This document shows, piece by piece, positions 38,901-52,900 of a stretch of 64,000 bases of DNA. The notes beneath the pieces are model-generated. The model searched no databases, was not told the origin of the DNA, and saw only the letters and a list, made by a program, of their open reading frames with translations. This stretch comes from Cycas panzhihuaensis (Eukaryota; Plantae; Cycadophyta): positions 152,713,741-152,777,740 of the forward strand of contig CM041465.1 in the NCBI GenBank assembly GCA_023213395.1, written 5' to 3'. Numbering within the stretch: the first letter of the stretch is position 1; every line of letters starts with the position of its first letter. The position numbers and the translations under genes were made by a program.

Positions 38901-41900
38901 TCATTTTTTAAAAGCATTTCAAAGTTACATTGGGTTATTTGAAGGTATATTAACCTATTCTAAAGACTTATGAAGGTTACTTTACAAATAGCTTTCATTG
39001 AATCTAATTTGAAAGGATTATTTATCATGTATTTGTCTCATTATTTAAAGAGATATATCTCTTTTTTATTGCTCATTGTAAGATTGATTTCTAATTAGAG
39101 GTTATGATTTATTAATTACAATGACAATGAATGAAGATAAATTAAGGTTTCCAATATTTGATGAGACTAACTTTCACATTTAAAAATATATTTTAAAAAC
39201 CCATCTCATTACAAATAATTTATGGCATTATGTAAGTGATGGTTATCTTAAAAATGAACCCAATTTTAGAGAAAACCTAAAAAAAGATAATGAAGCCTTA
39301 ACTCTAATCTTTTCTACACTAAATGATGATGTATTTACTAGTGTTGGTGGTTTAACCATATCGAAATCAGTTTGGGATACCCTAGACTCACTTTATGAGG
39401 GAGAAATTTTAGATTTAAATAAATTTGACTATATTGAAAATGTGTTTTTTGTGAGACAAATGATAGAGCAGGTGTTAGTTGATGAAAAGTCTAATGTTAC
39501 ATATAATATTAAAAATTCCATTGAGACTAATGATCACATTGCTATATTTGAGACTATATGTATATTTAACCTAGTTTACTCTCATCAAAGGACAAAGTCA
39601 AAGATGAAGACACTCATACTCATTTGAAGCAACTTGCATCTATACTTGAACCATATTTTGCTAAAGATTATCTAAAAAAGATAATGATATAAACTATTGA
39701 CCACATCAAAGATAATGAAGCTAAAGGACATAAGTACAATCACCTTGTTAAAGTATACCTAAAGCACTTATACCACAAATTCAAAGAGAAACTAAAGAAG
39801 AAGTGATAAATATTAAGGTGAAGTATATTGGGGTTAATATCCCTCACTTAACTCCCATCTTAATAACATGTAAGTGCACACATCCTCATGGTAAGTTAAG
39901 GTGATATTATTTTATTATGCATTCTAATTGTTTTATATTATTTTAAATTTGGAGGTTGAGGAGGATTCTCTCCTCTCTCATAAGTATATATTTTATGGTG
40001 TTCAAAACCCTGGTGTTCTTCAATACCATATTCATCAAAGGAATTTATATGTACTTTCTTAAAAGATGGCTTAATGCAATGATGTTTGCAATGTGTACTC
40101 TCAATATAGCTTCAATGTTACTTTGATTTCTATGTTCACCTACTCCACTCTATTCTCCATACTCTAATAATTTGGAAGTGGCTCTCAATTGAAAATCACT
40201 AAAACAAAAAATATTCTACTTAAAAATGGCTTTATTGATAATGTTTATTATATCCTAAGTTTATTATCTAACCTTTCATTTATATATTAGATCTGTCAAA
40301 AGGGTTTCATAGTTGAATGTTAGAAAGATAGGTTTATAATAAAATAACCCTTTAACAAATTTAAAGCTATTATTTCTAGACTTTTAGATCATATAATTAG
40401 TTTATATAAACTATTTAATTTAACTTACTCAAGTGAAAATTCACATTTTCTTCCTATATAAGTGGTCTAACCCAATTAACAAACTTTCTCACACACTCTT
40501 TGGCCATATTAGTTATTGTTAATTATATATCCTTAATTAGCATAATATGCTCCATATCTTACCTATACAATCTATAATGTGTAGAGTCTATGAAGCCTAT
40601 ATTCTAAGAAAGCAACACATGGATCTTTTCTTGATAAATTTACCTTTAGGAGGAAACAACCCCTGCAACTAATTCACTTTGATATATATAGACCATTTCA
40701 AGACCTTTCCTACTTTGGAAATAGGTATTTCATTATTTTTATCAATGATTTTTTTAGAAAATGTTAGATCTAAATTATTAAATAGCATAGTGAAATATTT
40801 GATCAATTTCTTAAATTTAAAGTACTAATAGAAAATTGATCTAACTATATAATATAAATATTTAGAATGGACAATGCTAAGGAGTGCTTAAATAACCAAT
40901 TTATTTAATTTAGCTAAAATAATAACATAAAATTTTAATATTTAGTTGTTTACATACCGTAACAAAATGGTGTTGCTAAAAGAAAATTTTGAACCTAAGT
41001 TTAAATAACTAAATATATATTATATTTCAAATAATTAAATAAAAAATTACTATACAAATTCTATTTAATAAGTTACCCACTAGAGCTATTGATAATATCA
41101 CTCTTGAAGAGAAATAGTCTAATAGGAGACCTTCCATTAAACATGTAAAAGCTTTTATAAGTATTGCTTAAGCACATGTCCTAAAAGAAAATAAACAGAA
41201 ACCAGATCCTAAATGTTATAGTTTCATCTTCATTGGATACCATGAAGAAAGTAAAGGATACAAACTTTTTGATACTATCACTTATAATGTTTCCATCAAA
41301 TAAGATGTCAAGTTTGATGAAAAAGGTTAAGTTCACATTCTATTGATGACTATGCTCATCTTCCCTTACTATTTAATAATACTCCTTAAGTCTTAATAGG
41401 ACTCAACATCAACCTAAGACTAACTCTAGTGAATAAATCTCTATTGAAGATGCAATAAATTATTTATAAAAATAAATTCAAATAGTTTCCATTAATGATC
41501 TTGATTCTTTTACTAGTGTAAGTTTAGAAACTTACAAGCAACCAAAATAGGTACATAAAACCCTTATATTTTCTAGTCTTGATATTTGTGATCCTTTAAA
41601 TACCCAAAGAATTAGGTCTAAATAGCTACAGGGTAACTTCTCTCTTATGGCCAAAATTATATATCAATTGATCCGTAAAGATTTAAAGAACCAATGAACA
41701 TTGTGTATGATGCATTAATAAGAAATTTTGCATGGGGATTAGTCACTCTTCCTCATGGAAAGAACCCAATTAGATGCAAATGCATTTACTACACTAAGTA
41801 TAACTCTTAGGGTGCCATTGAAAAACACAAAGTTAGGCTAGTTATAAAGGGGTTTTTCTAGGTTGATAGGACTGATTACAATAAAACCTTTACACCTATC

Positions 41901-44900
41901 ACCAAAATAAACACTATTAAATCATTATCTCTTTAGTAGCCAAGTTTGGTTGGGAAGTATATCACATGGATGTAAAAAATACCTTTCTAAATGATGATTT
42001 AATTTTTAAAATCTATATGATATAACCACCTAGTCTTGCTCTAGACCCTAACTTAGTATATAGACTTAAAATATCCTTGGATGGTCTCAAATAAGCCCCT
42101 AATGTTTAATATAAAGAGATTGATAATTATCTTCCCCATAATAGATTTAGTAAATGTATTAGTGATCCTATTCTACATTTTAAAAAATGAGGAAATAATA
42201 TATTTTTCCTAATTTTATATGTTGATGATATTATAATTACTAGATTTTTACTTGCCATAATTTCAACTTTAAAAAACCAAATTAATGTCAATTTTCGAAA
42301 TGATTAACTTATGACTACTCTATTAATTCCTTGGACATTATGTTTACTAAATAGAATCAAGAATCTCTATCTCACAACCTAAATATATTTTAGATCTACT
42401 TAAGAGATTTAAAATAGAAACTTATAAGCAAGCATGAACTCCTCTTCAAAATGAAGCTAAACTTACTCTTAATTATATTTCTCCTTTGGTTGATATTACT
42501 TTAAACTGGCAGTTAATTAGAAGTTTAATCATTCATATAGGACCTAATATATCTTATGTAGTTGCTTTATATTTATGTTTTTTATAAAAATCACATAGCT
42601 CACATAAAAAAGTAACCAAGAGAATCTTATGCCACTTATAAGATACTATTTACTATGGCTTCAATTATAATTATACTAACCTTAATCTTTAAATAACTAG
42701 TTTTATAGACATTAATTAGACTAGAGATAATAACTAATGAAAATACACTACTAGTTATTAGAAAATGCAACTGAAGCAAACAAGATCCATAAAATCTTTC
42801 ACATCAGGTAAATATTAAGTAGGAACATATTACACAAGACACCAGATTGTCATGGGAAACCCTTACAGGTGAAAACCCACAAAGAATAATAATTCACATT
42901 ATGACAAAATGGTATGTTATAAAGTTGGACTTTGATCTATATTTATATATCTAAAGTGTCAAATATAATTACAATTTACATCCATTGGCTCACTACACTC
43001 GAGAATATTCTCCACATAATTAGGCATATAAATATAGTGGCCCACTTTACATTAGTCGATATGGACACATATTCCAACATTCTATCTTAATGTAAATGTG
43101 AGGCAGTAAGGATTATCCTTACCTAACCTAATATGCACGAACGTCGATGTAGAAATCTTTAGTTTGAGCTTGGTGAATACGTTCACAAGTCGATCTCAAC
43201 TTAGACGGCCTTCAACCTAATTTGGATGTAATGGTGCCATGCCTCGTATGTGCTCAGTTCTTTGGATATACTATAATAAACCTGCAACTATACAACTCTC
43301 TCTACACCTAAAACTTTATAAATTTAACTCATCCATATTCCTTTGACTAAACTAAGAGGTTGAGATACTTGAGCTATGTGAATTGCCTCTTCAAGTCTTC
43401 ATTAAGGAATGCTGATATGATGCAATATGATACCCAACTATCTGAAGCTACTAAATTAAGGATCAAATGAATTAATAAATATAGAGGTAGGTGTAAATAT
43501 CTCATCATACCTTAATCCTTCTTCCTACTAGATATCACATGTATAACAAGTCTTCAAACTTGCAAACTGATCAGGTTCTTTGTTTCAATACAGCTCTCCA
43601 TTTTGAATCTGTACTCACTAGAATGTTGGTATCTATCTCAAGCTTTGATTGGCATGTTGATCCATGATCTTCCATCATCCTACAAGTCTTCAACTATCAA
43701 TGGAATATGGGGTTGTAATCCATGTCTCATCATCTAGCAGCTCCTTATCATCAATCTCTCACTAGGTCCTGCTTTCATCTCAAGCATAATGTTAGGTAAA
43801 TAAACCTCTACACTTACTAAACAACATCTTAAAAAAATGAAGCAATGAAGGATAAAACCTATAACTAAATGGAAATCAACATGATATATCAAGAACTCTT
43901 CAATTGAATATCTAGACTGATCACAATGCATTTCCCTTGCAGATCACACTGTTTGTAAGTAAAACAACCCATAGGCTTTGAACCGTTATAATCCTACTGT
44001 TGTAATCTTTGTCTAAGATGTGTGCACTCTAATGCACCAAAGGAAACAAATGGAAGGCTTATGACTTGGTCTAAACACAAAATACGAGGGGAAATTATGC
44101 CACAAATAGTCATAATAAGGGATCCCATACCTGTCTATTACAGTTTCTACCATTAAAACATGGGAAGTAAACCACAACATGTACCAACCTCACCATTTGT
44201 ATCATGATACTAACCTGTAATACAACCTTACAGGCCAATTATACATACCATGACAAAGGCATCACTGATTTTAAGGCATCTTGTCTTAGACCTTTTCATT
44301 CACACTTTAAATTTATTAAACACTCTATCTCGGTTCCACATCAAACTTATTAAGATATGCACCCATGTTGAACCAACATTAATTAGGCCATAAACCTTCA
44401 TACTATCGGTAGTCCAACTAGTAAAGTATAAAGGTCCATCATCAACGGACAACTACTTATATAAGCAAATTCTAAACCTCATCACCTCATACACATCTGA
44501 TGTAATAGAACTCAAATATAACTAAATAAACCACACTTATTTCATTGAATTAACCACATAAACATGAACTTTGTGTAATGATCTATGCCACACTCAAATA
44601 ATAATAGAGTTTGTATTAAATTGTAATTAAGGTATCTCATGCTCTTCTTTACCTATCACTTACCCATCATCGCCCTCATACTCGTCCTTTCACTCACCCA
44701 CTTAACTTGCCATGCAACAAGTCTACCTTTGCCTCATCTTGTCCATCTTCACCATTTTTGCCCATAAACTTCCCCATATAATATATATGCTAGAGAGTAT
44801 AAATTCACCTCATTAGCTCTCTTATATAAATCACACCCTAGAGAGTCTTATCACACCCATTTACATCACCATGACACTATTTTATACACTCGTGTTTAGA

Positions 44901-46971
44901 GTACAACATCATATCTTAACGCCTTATAACACCATTGAATCAAACCACTTTAAACATACATGGAAAAGCATCTACATGAATTAACCATAACAACAAATGA
45001 TTAAAAAAGGCATATATATTGAACTTGTCTTTATATTAAGTCAATGTAACTTAATATATCTCGTATAGGTGACTTAAAGATTATTAAATACCAAATAAAT
45101 CATATGATATGAAACAACCATGAGAGACCATATATGATTAAATCAATAAAGGGTAAATTAATAACAGTGGTGCAATAAAGTACTAAATCGAATAAACCAT
45201 ATCAAATGCCAAAAATACATTCTACTAATTGATCAATTTAATATATCAAAGGGCAAATTAGATAATGTGAATGGGCAGTTGTGCATATCAAATAACATCT
45301 CTAGTAACTATATACCTATAATGAGAATGATGATTACAACATATTATCACATATGATACAATACATAGGAAACGCGATCGATAATTATCACTGGTAGCAG
45401 TTGTAGATATTAACCAATGAACAGACATAAATTTGCAGCTTTATTTTATTACATGGTTGCTCAAACATCATAAATATCATGGACAAGTAAACTAACATGT
45501 AGACTTGAATAGTCATAGCTGAATCAAATATCAATGGTGACGAAATCTTAATCATCATGCTAATGACTCACACAGGCAAAATATTCAATTGGGTGATTTC
45601 AAATATATGGCTAGCGACACCAATAATATGCAAACTACTTATATATTATGAAGGGCAGTTGAAATTTATGTAACAATTAGGGTACAAGTGCATTATTCAC
45701 AGTTGAACTTAGATATGGGTGAATATATTAAGGGATGATCCTTAATAACTGGTTGGTTATCAATCATGTACACAACACACAACATTTGGCAATTAATGTA
45801 GGCTTAAAATAGAGGCATCCCAATATAAACAGCTAAAGAAATAAATCATTCCATATGCCATATAATAGATATATTTATACTCGACTGATAGATATATTAC
45901 CATGCAGAGAGACAACTCAATCATCACACAGTGATCCAACAAACATATAACATATATCATGGGTGATGCAAATATATCATATGGTGTAATATAATGATGT
46001 AGAGTATCATACATATGGCTATAGCTATTAATGAATATTTGGCAATATCAAATATATTCATCAATGCAAATAAAATCATGGGTCATATATATATTATTCA
46101 AACCCCAGAATATTATATGAGTGATTAATATATTGTAAAATAATGAGCATACCTTTGATTTGATACCATCTTATCATTTCACAGATCTACAACTGGCCTG
46201 CTAGGGTTTCTACACTCTCCCACTAGTAACAGAGGGCTAGCAATCATCTCTAGGGTATCCAAACTTAGTGACATTGTCAAATAGGGATTCGACACCTTCA
46301 ACAGGCTCAAATAAACTCACATGATTCGTAATAGAGTCAAAACTTATCCAGACACCTCCATATAGATTAGAATACCTACAAACAATGGATAGAAGGCCCC
46401 TGGGATCCACCAATGATCATCTGTATCAATGCATAAGGGTTTCGTCTGTTATGGCAATGAGATAGGCACAATGACAACAATGGCAGACGAGTTATAGAGA
46501 AAGGCAACGGAAACACTACAGACACTTGAGCCAAGCAGAATATGGTCACACTATTCATGAAGTTAATAAAATGGACAAATATGGTTAGGTTGGAGGAACG
46601 TCGACTCTGATACCACTTGTTACAGACCTTTTTTATAACTTGAGGAGGAGACCAAATATTAAATCTACCAGAGAACTTTGAAAGAGATTTATAGTCAAAA
46701 GACCATACAATTGATTAATAAAATTAAGTGATGTCTAAGAATACAATGAAATCCATATTTATATGAGTATAATAGTCTCTTCACATAAAAGTCACAACCC
46801 TTCCTTATGCACCTTTTCATTTAATGAATAATTAGTTAGTCCTTAAGGAGGTCTATAATAAATCCTCCCCCTTAAGATGTTTCGCCCACAAAACATAATC
46901 AAATGATTGCAGTCCTTTAAACAAATATTATATTTAGTTGTAGTAGAGTATATTAGACAATTGGTTAGATG

Positions 46972-48741
46972 TTATAGGCATTTATTAGAAGATTCTTCTA
47001 GTTGAAAACCTCGACTGTGTTTTTGGGACACTTGTGGTTGCTTCTCAAGTTCTTCACCTTGATTTTTGCGTGGTATGATGTTAATTTTGTTCGATCTTTT
47101 TCCTGATAACGTGATGGTTCTTCCTTCTTTCTTAAATTGCATAAATTGTTCATCAATATTCATTTCAAAAGTTCCAAGTGTACTAAGCCATTGACTGCCC
47201 AACATAATATCTATGCCTCTGACATCCATGACATAGAAATCTTCTATAATGCTGACGTTGTTTATTATGAGGTTAAGGTTCTTCATTATACCTTCGCCTG
47301 AGTTACCTATCTTCCTCCAATAATTACCTGGAGACAAGAAGTCCTTAATGGAGATAACCTCAGTTATTACATATAATTTCAATCAATAAAATTATGTGTG
47401 CTACTTGAATCTATCAAGACTGTTATAACTTGATTTTTAATAGATCCATGTAACTTTAATATATTTAATTGATTATAATTGCTTATAATTGATAGTGACA
47501 TTTGTGGATGGTTGACCTCAAGATTATAGTAGCTCTCTTGATGTTCTAAATGATGATAATTCCCTTGATTATTTTCTAACCCTTGTTCTTCTTCATCAAT
47601 ATTATCATCAGGCAGTAATCTGATTGTATATAACTGGTTCTTTTGACATTTATGTCCAAGTTCCCACTTCTCCTCACATCTAAAGCATAGGTTTCTTCTT
47701 CTTAACTCTTCTTGTTCTATTTTTTTTTTCTGAATGATTGGTTTGGCAAGTCAATTCAAATTGATTGATAATTGTTTATGTTGAATACTTGGTAAAGGAT
47801 TATGTCGACCAGGTGGAGGAATATAAAGGTTTATACTAGTTTTGCATAAGGCATTATGTTTATCTTCATGTATTTTGGCTAATTGTATTGACTTGTTAAG
47901 ATCCTTCTTTAGTTCTTGAATTTAAACATCAGCTTGGATCTCTGTTATCATACCTTCTATATCTAACTAGATAAGTCAATTAGTCAAAATATTTTCTAAC
48001 ACATAGCTTAGCCTTGTGAATGTTGTACTGTATTCTTCCATAGAACCAGTTTGCTTTAATTTTCGTAACTCACAATAATAATCACAATTAGATATGGTTT
48101 CAAATCACTCAATGAATAAATGTATGAATTCTTTCCAGGTTGGTAGTTGATCTCAAAAAGAGGTTCATTCGAGACACTGCCACCATTCGCATGTTATTCC
48201 ATCCATGTGCAGGGTGGTTAATAGAACTCACTCTACTGGCTCAATCTCCACTAAGCGAAAGTAGTTTTCCATTTACTGGATCCACACTCTCATCTTATGT
48301 GATTTTTGCTCCATACTGAAATGTTGTATAGTAATTTTTTCTAACTTTTTCTTCTTTTGTATTTGAATGCTTTGTAAGTAGTTGAAGTATGCTTGAAAAC
48401 CCATTATCTTCTATTCTTCAGGGGTCAACTTATGATACTCATTAAGGTATTTTCTGATAGCTTTATTCTCAATATTAATTGGAGTCATCTAAAGACCGGA
48501 ATATTTTTTAACAGTTTGATTTATGAAATGAGACTACTGACTTATTACCTCATCCTCAGAATCTGGAACAATCATGTTTTCTTTCCTACTCATTGCTATG
48601 ATTGTCAATTTATCTAATATTTGGTGTAATATATGATTTAAGAGAGCATTTGATATCTGGACTGCTTTGTGGACTGCTTGAGTGATCGATTCGATGATAT
48701 CCTTTTGGATGGTATTATCTATCATATCTTCTATATTCATT
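46972..48741 (-). pseudogene. Chromovirus-like Gypsy gag and aspartic protease
   Basis: W...MENYF..LHMDG...WW...TWKEF (retrotransposon gag), CFRCEEKWELGHKC knuckle, VLIDSSSTHNFID, DIMLGSQWLSTLG. Confidence 0.88.
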
Positions 48742-49789
48742 ATTTTGACAATTATATAAGTGTGATTCCAATGCTTTTTTATCGTGTTTAGTTGACCCCA
48801 ATTCAATATCCCAAACTCACTTGATACTACTAGATGTATTTCAAATAGGTCACACTCATATATAAATGACAAAATCGGTCAATTATTTAGTATCCAAAGG
48901 ATATTAAATTTATTGAATACGTATATGTGAGGCTTAATATATGGCTAAAAAAAGCCTTAGGACCTTATAGTTCCTCCCTTTGTCTAATATTTAACCTATA
49001 TATCACCATCGTCGAAGATGAAACCAAAGTTTATCAATACAAAATCTTGCAAATGAACAAGGAATGGAGGATGTGGAATTTTGTAGTGTTTATATAGCTA
49101 TGTATTGACTGCAAGAGCATAAAACCTTGGATATAACATATTCCATCAAATTTATAAGCTCTCTCACAGTATCCACTGGTATATGGTATACACTCGTGGC
49201 AGGTTTATAACTTCAGTAACTGATTATATAATCTTTGTGATGGCATCCTTTATGTATTCACATGGTATTTGTCAGACACCGTTAAAAGTATTGCTTAGAT
49301 TATTTTCAAAACTTTAATATATATGATTTTAAGTGGGGCTTTGGTATATATCAAAAGGTATTTCTATGTAAATATATCTATGTAAGTATGTGTATATAAC
49401 TTTTTGATGATTTTTTTATAACCGGCATAACTCAACTATGTTACTTGACTTAAAGGTACTTAGATATAATGCTTGATTTGAAACGACAAATGATGATGCA
49501 TGGATAGACTGCTTTCTTGAAATATACAAGTGATAATGTAGTGTATGTTTAGGAAGTCTAATAGGATGAAGCTTACATAACGCCGATGGTATAGCAGATG
49601 TCACCCAAGAACATGGGAGGACATAGTGTAGATGGCATAGATGGTGGGGTTCATAGAAGTTAAGAGATTATAGATGGTTGAATATATATAGGACGTAAGA
49701 CATAATCTAGGACATACATAGTGAAAAGAACAGAGAATGATAGAAGGTCAAACAGGACGCGAATAATATATGCGATGGGACAAACTAGA

Positions 49790-49985
49790 GAAACAACAAT
49801 GAGAATGCCATAGTGATGTGAATTCCACAACAATGAGAATATAGTGACGAGAATACCACACCACAACAACAAGAATATCCCAAATAAACAGTGACGAGAA
49901 TATCACCAACAACGTAGCAACGAGAATTCAACAATGATGAGAATTTAGATGATATGAGAAATTAGTAACGAATGAGAATATATCA
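49790..49985. repeat. Degenerate short repeats (AATGAGAAT/GACGAGAAT) in the LTR-B element leader
   Basis: About 8 copies of a GAGAAT core. Confidence 0.7.
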
Positions 49986-52900
49986 ATGTGTACTATATTT
50001 AAATGTACAATATCAATATGTAAGGGTTCCATCCATTATGGCGATGAGATAGGCACAGTACAACAATGGCAGACAAGTTATAGAGAAAGGCAACGGAAAC
50101 ACTACAGACACCTGAGCCAAGTGGAATATGGTCACACTATTTGGAAAGTTAATGAAATGGACAAATATGATTAGGTTTGAGGAACGTCAACTCTGGTACC
50201 ACTTATTACATACCTTTTCCATAACTTAAGGAGGAGACTAAATATTGAATACACCAGAGAACTTTGAAAGAGATTTATAGTCAAAAGACCATATAATTGA
50301 TTGATAAAATTAAGTGATGTCTAAGAATACAATGGAAGCCATATTTATATGAGTATAATGGCCTCTTCACATAAAATTCACAACCCTTCCTTATGCACCT
50401 TTTTATTTAATGAATAATTAGTTAGTCCTTAAGGAGGTCTATAACAATTTTGTAGGGTCATCAGGTGTGCCAATCCACTAAGGGCAAGCCAGAATGACCT
50501 TGCACCATTAATTGGACCTCCAACAATGATCATCTGCCTGTGCACAACCTACATGCTCTCATACCATGTTAGAAAATGTAATTGAAGCAAATAAGGTCAA
50601 TAGGATCTTTCACATCAGGCAGATATTAGGCAGGAACAGATCACATGAGATACCAGATTACTGTGGGAAACCCTTACAGGTGAAAACCCACAAGAATAAT
50701 AATTCACATTATGACAAAATGGTATATTACAAAGTTAGACTTTGATCTATATTTATAGATCTACAGTGCCAAATATAATTACAATTTACATCCATCAGCT
50801 CACTACACTCGAGAATATTCTTCACATAATTAGGCATATAAATAGGGTGGCCCACTTTACATTAGTCACTATGGATGCATATTCCAACACAGGTTATGTT
50901 TTCTTTCTTAATTATATATTAATCACTTTGATAAGTAAGAAAATACAATCACTTGCTCTTTCTATAATTGAGGCTGAATATCATACCTCAACTAAAGTTA
51001 GTAAAGACACTTTAGGAATAAAATATATCCTTAATAAAATTAGATTTCTTCTTCATAATTATGTATTAATTAGTATTGACAATTAGGGTGTTATTTCTAT
51101 TGCTACTAATCCTATTTATTATTGCAGGACTAAACACATTAAACTTCATTAATATTTGGTTTGTAACTTAGTTAATTATGGTAATCTTTAGCACTTGTAT
51201 TATTTTATAAATATACAAGTTACAGATATCATGCCCAAATTTCTTATTGAAGTCAAGTTTATGAAGTTATGACAACTCCTAAAAGTTTAAGAAGCCTCAA
51301 TTAAAGGGGGATCTACGTAATAACATCTTCTTTAGCTCTTACATTCCATAATTCAATATTAAAGGGGAATGTTATAATATTAAAATATTGATATACTATG
51401 TAATATTGTCTTATTGAATTTAGTTAAATAATCTTTAATATAAAGTTAATTATTAAATTATAAAATTTTATTTTAATATATTATTATAAGATAATTAGTA
51501 AATATATTTATTTTCTATTATTTAAATCATGGATATATATTACTTATCTATTTCCTTACATAAGGTGGAGGACATTATGCACTTTGATGTATTTTTATTA
51601 TTATTAATATTACCTAACTTTAAAGTTTTTTTTTAAGCCTATTGGGTTTTTTTCCTTAAATCTACTTTATTTCTTTGTGTGATTATTATGACCCTATCTT
51701 ATCTATTTATTTATCTATTTTTCATGCATATATAATGATTCTAATAGTTCTAATAGTTTCAATAATAAAAATTCCAAAATTTCAATCATAAACATTCCAA
51801 AATTTTCTCCACTAACACTCTTATTATAGGCATACTTGCAATAATTCTACTCAAATTGTGTTTATCTTTATGGAAGTAGATCCAATTTAGGAACACTCCA
51901 ATTCTATAGTTTTCTATGATTTTTTTCACCTCCATCACCAACTTAGGTCGATAATTATTTTACTTTTAACTATACTTCTTTTATATGGAATTTATAAATA
52001 GCAATTGCATTCAAGCAAATATATTTTAAATACCTTTTCAACATGATCATCTTAGGTATATAAACAATAGCCATAATAGTGTGAATTTAGAACACCTTAA
52101 TTTTCTTTATGGACTAGTATATTTGGATTTTATGATACTTGTTGGCGAACCTACTCAATATATAGATAAAGGTGGTCAAAGAGAAAAATATGAATGACTT
52201 TATGTGAACCTACATAGGAGAGAAAAACACTAAAATGTGACTTTGACATCATTGTTTTCTTAAACTTACCAACTCTTTTTATCTCATATAATTTTTATTT
52301 GACTCATATTTTATTCTTTCTTTACTTGAAATCATATTCTTATAGAGCAACTATTGTGATTTTTAAGAACGTGAATTTAGTCTTATGAATTAGGTCATCA
52401 TTCATTTCATTCAAGCATTATCAAAGGATTCAAGTGAGTCAATCAAATAAAAGGCATCTCGTTATCATCTCAATCAAGAGGCTTCTAGTTATGATTGTGA
52501 TGCCCCAAGAAACCCAAGAAACATCACTTACTTATCTAAAATTATATAAATAGTGTGTACTTATCCTTCACATATGCTCTTATATCGTATTTAAAGATAA
52601 TTTGCATCTTCCATGGAACATTAATGCAGTTTTCATATGGATAACATGCATCAAGGCTCTCATGTTTCTCATAAACACTCCTTGTTAATATAATAGGGTA
52701 TTAATATGTAGTATAATATAATATATTATAGTTCATATTGCTTTGAATCATTTTAATTAAATTATAGGTTCTATATTGGCAAGGAAAATGTGTTAAGCCA
52801 TCAATTCCAGTTACTATATAAGGTTATTAATATTAATCCCAAGTAATTATTCCATTTTATTATTTTCATGGCATTGTTCTATTCCTTCTTAAATTTGCTA

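Larger units (their letters stand above)
46618..50446 (-). mobile_element. Gag+protease-only Ty3/Gypsy derivative (TR-GAG-like) between two LTR-B copies
   Basis: LTR-B 50204-50446 and 46618-46860; PBS 50191-50201; PPT 46861-46873; no RT, RH or INT. Confidence 0.88.
42756..50889 (-). mobile_element. Compound non-autonomous element bounded by LTR-A (Copia-derived, LARD-like) enclosing a Gypsy gag-PR unit
   Basis: LTR-A 42756-43079 and 50567-50889; PBS 50555-50566; TSD CTAGT/CAGGT (each one change from CTGGT of the host TTGY codons); Copia RNase H tail (VNVFTK) near 43170-43195. Confidence 0.88.
28280..51750 (+). mobile_element. Copia-3: old 5'-truncated Ty1/Copia element hosting two nested insertions
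   Basis: Long leader interrupted by Copia-2; gag starts at 39121 (MTMNEDKLRFPIFDETNFHI); INT ~40450-41350; RT ~41700-42500 (HMDVKNTFLN, LYVDDII); RNase H split at 42755/50890 (T.GYVF..SKK..EAEY); PPT 51361-51369; 3' LTR from 51370, end uncertain. Confidence 0.8.

Noticed and set aside
50447-50510. Hammerhead ribozyme (CTGATGA on the minus strand)
   Set aside because: No closing stem II or GAAA core; the sequence is cut by LTR-B
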